Program-made: the position numbers and the translations under genes
Assembly (NCBI GenBank): GCA_902801125.1
Contig: CADCGT010000002.1
Coordinates: 7,157-71,156, forward strand
Reading direction: 5' to 3'
Source: an uncultured Pseudomonadota bacterium
GTDB taxonomy: Bacteria > Pseudomonadota > Alphaproteobacteria > Rs-D84
DNA length: 64,000 bases
The notes under the pieces: model-generated
Database searches by the model: none
Told to the model about the DNA's origin: nothing
Seen by the model: only the letters and a program-made list of their open reading frames with translations
Part shown: one piece after another, positions 58,152-64,000 of the stretch
Layout of the letters: each line of letters begins with the position of its first letter
How positions within the stretch are numbered: the stretch's first letter is position 1

Positions 58152-59000
58152 TCAATATGATTTTACAACGCCGCGCATATGCGCACTGCGCGCACGCGGA
58201 TTTTGGGTTATTTCCTGAATGGTTGGTGTTCGCGCCCGTATCAATTCAAATCGCGCCGCCGCCACCTGGGGCAGGTGGGAATCACCGGGCGCGGTCGTCC
58301 AATCACGAAAAGTATTCTTTACAATTCGATCTTCCAAAGAATGAAATGTCACACATATACACCGGCCACCAACATTCAATAAATTCGGCACCGAATCCAG
58401 CGCGCGTGACAATTCCCCCATTTCATCATTGACCGCGATACGCAACGCCTGGAACACCGGGGCAACATCGCGCGGATTATGAATCAAATCACGCAATTCG
58501 AATGTGGTCGTCGGCATTTTCCGCTTTATCGCGTTTGCAATTGCCACCGCCGGCCTAACATCGCCATAATCACGCAGCACCCTGGATATATCGGCCACCG
58601 TCCATTGTTCAAACATATCAACCACCGTTGGACCATTTTCCGACATGCGCATATCCAACGGCGCGTCCGCCCGGAAAGAAAAACCGCGTTCCGGATTATC
58701 TATCTGCATCGAAGAAATTCCCAAATCGAAAACTATCGCATCAAAAGTATCATTCAATTCCGCCATCGCCGAAAAAGGCCGTGCAATAAATTCAAATCGC
58801 GCACCAAATTCTTGTTTAATTTGTTTTGCATCATCCAATACATTCGGGTCACGGTCAAACGCCAAAACATTTGCACCCGCATTCAAAAATGCGCGCGTAT
58901 AACCACCCGCGCCGAATGTAGCATCTATGACGCGTGCAGCGTGAATATCGCCAATCGCATCCATAACCGAACCCAACAAAACCGGAATATGTTTTATCAT
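58152..59000 (-). CDS. rsmH: 16S rRNA (cytosine1402-N4)-methyltransferase RsmH (MraW)
   Basis: HIPVLLGSVMDAI...DATFGAGGYTRAFL...DLGISSMQ. Confidence 0.9.
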   Translation of the reverse strand: MIKHIPVLLGSVMDAIGDIHAARVIDATFGAGGYTRAFLNAGANVLAFDRDPNVLDDAKQIKQEFGARFEFIARPFSAMAELNDTFDAIVFDLGISSMQIDNPERGFSFRADAPLDMRMSENGPTVVDMFEQWTVADISRVLRDYGDVRPAVAIANAIKRKMPTTTFELRDLIHNPRDVAPVFQALRIAVNDEMGELSRALDSVPNLLNVGGRCICVTFHSLEDRIVKNTFRDWTTAPGDSHLPQVAAARFELIRARTPTIQEITQNPRARSAHMRGVVKSY

Positions 59001-62000
59001 TCTATTGTCACCTTGATTCCCAAACCCATAAAATCACCGATTGTGTTTTTTCCCAACTCCACACCGCCACGCAATTCCATTGTCGTCTTTTTGTCACCGG
59101 AATAAAGGTTTAGTGCGACACGCGTGCCGCCGGCCGGCAATGTAGCAAGTGCCTTTTTAACATCCGCCAAGACCGATTTTTCACGAATATCCAATGTAAT
59201 TTTCTTTGCGATTTTCGCAACCCATTGGGCCAGTGGCATAATAGAATCAACGAAAACCGACACCCGGTCATCACGATTCGACAATCGACCAGAAATTACA
59301 ACCTCGTTTTCGGTTGCCAATATTGGCGCCAATGTTGCAACCGCGTCCCCAAACGCAACCGCATCTATGTTACCAAAACCATCGGACGCATTTATAGTTA
59401 TCATATCTTTGCCGGCCTTGGTCCGCCGTTGCGAATAAGAATTTACATTTGCGGCAATACGAACATTTGCACGATCGGGCATTTCCATAATCTTGGCACT
59501 GGTTGCCAAATTTGCCCCGGCGATTAAATGTTTGTATCGGTCCAATGGGTGCGCCGATATATAGAATCCCAATGCCGACAATTCATTTTCTAATTTCTGA
59601 CTAAATGTCCATGGTTCAGTTTTAACCAAATTCTTGGCCAACCGATCTTCGGTGACATCATCTTCAACCGTGTTCGCAAACAGCGACAACATATTCGCAC
59701 TTTCTTTTGATTTTGCGGCATACGACAGAATCATATCTGCATTCATAAATATCTCTGCGCGGTTAGGATTGATAGAATCCAACACACCTACCTTGGCAAA
59801 GGCCTCTAGTATTCGTTTATTCATTATCGGTGCGCAACGCTTTGCAAAATCGGTAATGTTTTTGAATTTACCCTTGGCGCGTTCTGCAATAATTGCATCG
59901 GTTGCGGCAACCCCGACACCCTTGATTGCCGCCAACGCATAAATAATCTTGCCGCCATCAACCGTGAACAAAGATTCACTCTTATTTATATCTGGCGGAA
60001 CAATTTGTATTCCAAAATTAGACTTTGCATCATCAACAAACAACGCCAATTGGTCGGTGTCATTCATATTACTGGACATAGATGCCGCCAAAAATTCCGG
60101 CGTATAGTGCGCTTTCAGATACGCACATTGGTTTGCAACAATAGAATAGGCGATAGCATGTGATTTATTAAACGCATATTTTGCAAATTCTTTGAATTTT
60201 TCCCAAAGGTCTTTTGCGGTCACTTCGTCCAATGTTCCTTCGGCTTTACATCCTTCAAGGAATTTAACCTCTAATTTCGCCAACAAATCCAGTTTCTTTT
60301 TACCCATTGCCTTGCGCACGGTATCCGATTCCCCACGGGTAAACCCGGCCAATGCACGCGTCAACTGCATAACCTGTTCTTGATAAACAATAATACCATA
60401 ACTTTCTTTCAAAATGGGTTCTGCGCACGGATGCACATATTCAATTGGTTCTTCGCCATGCATACGTTTTATAAATTGCGGAATAAATGCAATTGGTCCC
60501 GGGCGATTTAATGCATTCAAAGCCGAAATTTCCAAGAAATTTGTTGGATGCATCTGACGCAAAGTTTGTTGAACAAACGGGGCATCGAATTGGAATATAC
60601 CTTCGGTCATACCCGATTGCCAAAGTCCCAAAGTCTTTTCATCATCTGTGGGAATTTCGTCCAAATTCACATTGATACTGCGCGTTTTTTGAATAAGTTT
60701 TGTCGCATATTTTAACACCACCAATGTTTCCAACCCCAAAAAGTCAAATTTAATCAAACCGGCCGATTCCAAATAATGCCCATCAAATTGACACGACGGC
60801 AACGGGTTCGCCGGGTCACGATAAACCGGCGCAATCTTGGTTGTGGGTCTGTCACCAATAACAACCCCGCATGCGTGTTGACCAAGGTTACGGAAAGAGC
60901 CTTCCAATTCTTCGGCGATTGAAAACACCTTGGCCATGTCGGAATCTGTATCTAATACATTTTGAATTTCTTGCGACGTATCAACGGCTTCTTTTAGCTT
61001 CTTGGCATCGGGCGGAATCATTTTAGAAAGCCTGTCCGATTTAGAATATGGTATGCCATACACACGCCCGACATCGCGAATTGCACCACGGGCTTGCAAA
61101 CTGCCGAATGTAATGATACGACACACGGAATCGTGACCATATTTATCACAAATATAGGCCAAAACCTGTTCAATACCATTCGGTTCAAAATCAACATCAA
61201 AATCCGGCATTGAAATACGGTCCGGGTTCAAGAAACGTTCAAACAACAACCCATACTTTAACGGATTCACATGCGTGATACCCAACGCCCACGCCACAAT
61301 GGATCCCGCGCCCGAACCACGCCCCGGGCCGGTCAAAATATCGTGTTTTCGGCACCAATCTATATAATCTGCAACAATAAGGAAATACCCCGGAAATCCC
61401 ATACCAATAATAACATCTAATTCATAATTTGCCTGTTCAAAATACGGGGCCGTATCGGTAATATTATGTTGTTTCAAACGTTCTGTAAGGCCGTTTATCG
61501 TATTATCACGTAACATTTTACATTCGGTATCAAAATCATCACCAAAACGTGGCAGCAACGGTTTTTCATGAACATTTACAAGGAACGCGCACCGATGCGC
61601 AATCACCACAGTGTTTTCTATCGCCTCTGGTAAATCTGAAAAAACATCAATCATTTCCGCCGAACTTTTAAAGTATTGCTCCGACGATTTCCGTGGTCGT
61701 TCTGGGTCAATAACTTTAACCTGGTTTAAAATACAACCCAATGCATCGGCGGCCTCGTAATCCGACGCGCCGGCAAAACAAACATCATTTGTTGCAACAA
61801 TCGGGATATTTAAATCTTTTGCAATTTGCAAAAACATCGGTTCGGTTTTAATTTCATCATTCAAACCATGACGCTGGATTTCCATATAAAAACGGTCTCC
61901 AAAAATTTTTGTAAAACGTTCCGCATACATACGTGCCTGGGTATCCTGGTTATTTATTATCGCCATTCCTATTGGCCCCAAATGCGCCCCAGACAAACAT

Positions 62001-62404
62001 ATCACACCATCCGAATGTGATTCTAATTCCTCAAAGGTTATATAAGGTCCCAAATGATGATTGACATCACGCATATACATAACGCGGCTAAGTTCACACA
62101 GATTCAAATACCCCGCGTGATTTTGCGCCAACAAAACAATCCGCGACAACGCAGACGCGCGCAGCATTTTTGGATCGGCCGTATGATGATTTAATGTTAT
62201 TTCCACGCCAATAATCGGTTGAACATGACCGCCCGGCATAACATCCGAAAATTCTGCACAGCCCGACATCATGTTCGTATCGGTCAACGCGCACGCAAAC
62301 ATACCGTTTTCCGCGCAAAGTTTCGGAATACGCTTTACTTCCAGTGTGCTTGCCCCAATAGACAAACGGCTGTGTACATGAAGATGAATAAAGTTGCCTT
62401 CCAT
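58997..62404 (-). CDS. dnaE: DNA polymerase III subunit alpha
   Basis: N-terminal PHP domain FIHLHVHS..., polymerase core, OB-fold. 1135 aa. 4-nt overlap with rsmH. Confidence 0.97.
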   Translation of the reverse strand: MEGNFIHLHVHSRLSIGASTLEVKRIPKLCAENGMFACALTDTNMMSGCAEFSDVMPGGHVQPIIGVEITLNHHTADPKMLRASALSRIVLLAQNHAGYLNLCELSRVMYMRDVNHHLGPYITFEELESHSDGVICLSGAHLGPIGMAIINNQDTQARMYAERFTKIFGDRFYMEIQRHGLNDEIKTEPMFLQIAKDLNIPIVATNDVCFAGASDYEAADALGCILNQVKVIDPERPRKSSEQYFKSSAEMIDVFSDLPEAIENTVVIAHRCAFLVNVHEKPLLPRFGDDFDTECKMLRDNTINGLTERLKQHNITDTAPYFEQANYELDVIIGMGFPGYFLIVADYIDWCRKHDILTGPGRGSGAGSIVAWALGITHVNPLKYGLLFERFLNPDRISMPDFDVDFEPNGIEQVLAYICDKYGHDSVCRIITFGSLQARGAIRDVGRVYGIPYSKSDRLSKMIPPDAKKLKEAVDTSQEIQNVLDTDSDMAKVFSIAEELEGSFRNLGQHACGVVIGDRPTTKIAPVYRDPANPLPSCQFDGHYLESAGLIKFDFLGLETLVVLKYATKLIQKTRSINVNLDEIPTDDEKTLGLWQSGMTEGIFQFDAPFVQQTLRQMHPTNFLEISALNALNRPGPIAFIPQFIKRMHGEEPIEYVHPCAEPILKESYGIIVYQEQVMQLTRALAGFTRGESDTVRKAMGKKKLDLLAKLEVKFLEGCKAEGTLDEVTAKDLWEKFKEFAKYAFNKSHAIAYSIVANQCAYLKAHYTPEFLAASMSSNMNDTDQLALFVDDAKSNFGIQIVPPDINKSESLFTVDGGKIIYALAAIKGVGVAATDAIIAERAKGKFKNITDFAKRCAPIMNKRILEAFAKVGVLDSINPNRAEIFMNADMILSYAAKSKESANMLSLFANTVEDDVTEDRLAKNLVKTEPWTFSQKLENELSALGFYISAHPLDRYKHLIAGANLATSAKIMEMPDRANVRIAANVNSYSQRRTKAGKDMITINASDGFGNIDAVAFGDAVATLAPILATENEVVISGRLSNRDDRVSVFVDSIMPLAQWVAKIAKKITLDIREKSVLADVKKALATLPAGGTRVALNLYSGDKKTTMELRGGVELGKNTIGDFMGLGIKVTIE

Positions 62405-62466
62405 ACCACCAAGGCTAGCAAAAATATCAAATCGCTGTAAAGTAAATTATTTGGAAAATTTATATT

Positions 62467-63192
62467 TTATGCGGATTTTCTTTTATTTCTCATAAACCGA
62501 TTCCAAAAGAAATCAAAAACATACCTGTCTGTATCTGGACTTTTTGCGATTGAACACATATCCCAATCTATAATACCAATTATATTCATTTTATCATCAA
62601 ACAACAAATTGGTTTCGTTTAAATCAAAATGCGCCAAAACCGGATGCGGAACATTTATTTTTGGTTCTGCATTGCGTTCTGGTTGCAAACTGTGCAAAAA
62701 ACGTTTATAGCCTGGTATAGATTCAATTTTAATTGATTGGATTTCAGAAATGATTTTTTCAACCTGACTTTTTATCTTATTTTCGTTTTTTAAAATTGTA
62801 TCATTATCAAATTCATCGATTTTACGTCCTGGAATCTTTTCACTAACATACATCGCCATACTTTTGTCGGCATGCACAACCGGCATACGAACACTTATGC
62901 GCGGCGCGATAAAATCCATAAGTTCCTGATAATTCCTTACACGTTCTGGTGTAATATTACGAAACAATTTCACATAATATTTATCATTCACACAAAGACA
63001 CACGCGATTCAAATTTATTTGACGAATAAATTTTATGCTTTTAACCGGTTCATTATAAACCCGTTTAATAAAGTGTTTAATACGCGGTGCATACAAGGCC
63101 ATATTCACATTACCGCGCACACGCGCACGACGCACACCATCAGGCACAAACATTGCCAAAAAATTTCCAACATAAAACGGTACTTTGCTCAT
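62467..63192 (-). CDS. Aminoglycoside/choline-kinase-like phosphotransferase (APH family)
   Basis: HFDLNETNLLFDDKMNIIGIIDWDMCS (catalytic HxDxxxxN...IDW/D motif of the ePK-like APH fold). Confidence 0.55.
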   Translation of the reverse strand: MSKVPFYVGNFLAMFVPDGVRRARVRGNVNMALYAPRIKHFIKRVYNEPVKSIKFIRQINLNRVCLCVNDKYYVKLFRNITPERVRNYQELMDFIAPRISVRMPVVHADKSMAMYVSEKIPGRKIDEFDNDTILKNENKIKSQVEKIISEIQSIKIESIPGYKRFLHSLQPERNAEPKINVPHPVLAHFDLNETNLLFDDKMNIIGIIDWDMCSIAKSPDTDRYVFDFFWNRFMRNKRKSA

Positions 63193-63271
63193 TTTAACCC
63201 TCAATGATAATACCTGCATACTACACAAAAATCACCAGGAAGGCAAGACAATATTCCCATTTGCGCCACAT

Positions 63272-63295
63272 AAAAAAACAGGCCCGTTTGGGCCC
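63272..63295 (-). terminator. Rho-independent terminator for secA
   Basis: Minus strand: GGGCC-aaac-GGCCC stem followed by TGTTTTTTT. Confidence 0.5.
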
Positions 63296-63298
63296 GTT

Positions 63299-64000
63299 TT
63301 ATTTTAATTTACCACAACAATGTTTATATTTTAATCCCGAACCACACGGGCAGGGCGCGTTTCGTCGCGCCTCGCCGGCGGAATTCAACGCCTGGTCATG
63401 TTCGGCGCGCTGTTTTTCGGTTGCGTCAACATCCGCACGTGTCAATTCCATGCGCGAAATATACGCCACGGACATTATTTTGAAATTGTTTATAGTATTT
63501 TTAAACAATCCCAACGCTTCGCGTTTATATTCATACAGCGGATTTTTTTGCGCATATCCACGCAAACCGATACCGGTCTGTAAATAATCCATCTGTTGCA
63601 GGTGTTGTTTCCAAACCGTATCCAACGCCCCCAACATCATTTGACGCGTTGCCGTTTGCATCATTTCTGGGCCATACTTTTCCGCCTGTTGATTATACCG
63701 TTGTTTGGCTAAATTCAACAAAGTTTCATACGCCTTGCGTTCTGTAATTGTTTCATCTTTCTTCCAATTTTCGATATCGGTAATATCCAGTGCAAAAATA
63801 CGAACCATTGCGTCATGAATGCCGCGAATATTCCAATCTGCCGGTTGTGTTTTTTCCGGAATATTATTTTCGCAAATAATTTCAACGACATCGGCAATCA
63901 TTTCATTCGCCAACGGCGCCAAGTCTTTGGCGGTCATCAAATCGTCGCGTTGTTTATAGACCACACCACGCTGTTCGTTCATAACATCGTCGTATTTAAG
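63299..64000 (-). CDS. secA: Protein translocase subunit SecA, C-terminal fragment (continues past the window edge)
   Basis: NEQRGVVYKQR...; C-terminal zinc finger NAPCPCGSGLKYKHCCGKLK. The reading frame stays open to position 64000. Confidence 0.85.
   Translation of the reverse strand, partial: LKYDDVMNEQRGVVYKQRDDLMTAKDLAPLANEMIADVVEIICENNIPEKTQPADWNIRGIHDAMVRIFALDITDIENWKKDETITERKAYETLLNLAKQRYNQQAEKYGPEMMQTATRQMMLGALDTVWKQHLQQMDYLQTGIGLRGYAQKNPLYEYKREALGLFKNTINNFKIMSVAYISRMELTRADVDATEKQRAEHDQALNSAGEARRNAPCPCGSGLKYKHCCGKLK

Noticed and set aside
58152-59000. Treating rsmH as the head of a dcw (mraZ-rsmH-ftsL-ftsI) cell-division cluster
   Set aside because: The downstream genes are a multi-TM membrane protein and an unknown protein, not ftsL/ftsI, and mraZ is absent upstream where dnaE sits. 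It is only a dnaE-rsmH operon here.
1-64000. CRISPR arrays or cas genes
   Set aside because: No regularly spaced direct repeats of 25-40 nt anywhere. The only recurring short motifs are the TTAGTG hexamers and GC hairpins, which are not interspersed with unique spacers.

Overview
The window reads as a contiguous chromosomal segment from a low-to-moderate GC alphaproteobacterium-like genome; the lineage is inferred only from gene content and operon structure. It is densely coding and mostly housekeeping: rpsD, trpS, xerC/D, cysS, DUF1013-rpoD, a split addA, recN, xseA, tsaD, the rpsP-rimM-trmD-rplS operon, gdhA, tRNA-Gly(CCC), pfk, dnaK, rplY, rsmD, tadA, gpmI, rsmH-dnaE and a secA 3' fragment. 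Six accessory features stand out. (1) Three paralogous secreted proteins, two of them preceded by a conserved ~270-nt leader with a promoter and a hairpin plus U-tract immediately before the RBS (riboswitch, attenuator or sRNA-like). (2) An AT-rich, AGA/AGG-codon, tightly spaced co-directional 10-gene operon of lysine-rich orphan proteins (25857-31803), followed by a SemiSWEET-like gene, plus a second mini-island of the same character (45895-47422). (3) A four-gene minus-strand cluster of large secreted collagen-like and coiled-coil fibre proteins (49560-56913). (4) Two HNH-motif proteins, one with a near-consensus private promoter and one next to the tRNA. (5) Short dispersed TTAGTG hexamer repeats at island borders. 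(6) A +1 frameshift splitting addA, with no addB present. No CRISPR array, integrase, transposase or rRNA was seen. All calls are from motif-level reading of the six-frame ORFs without database searches.
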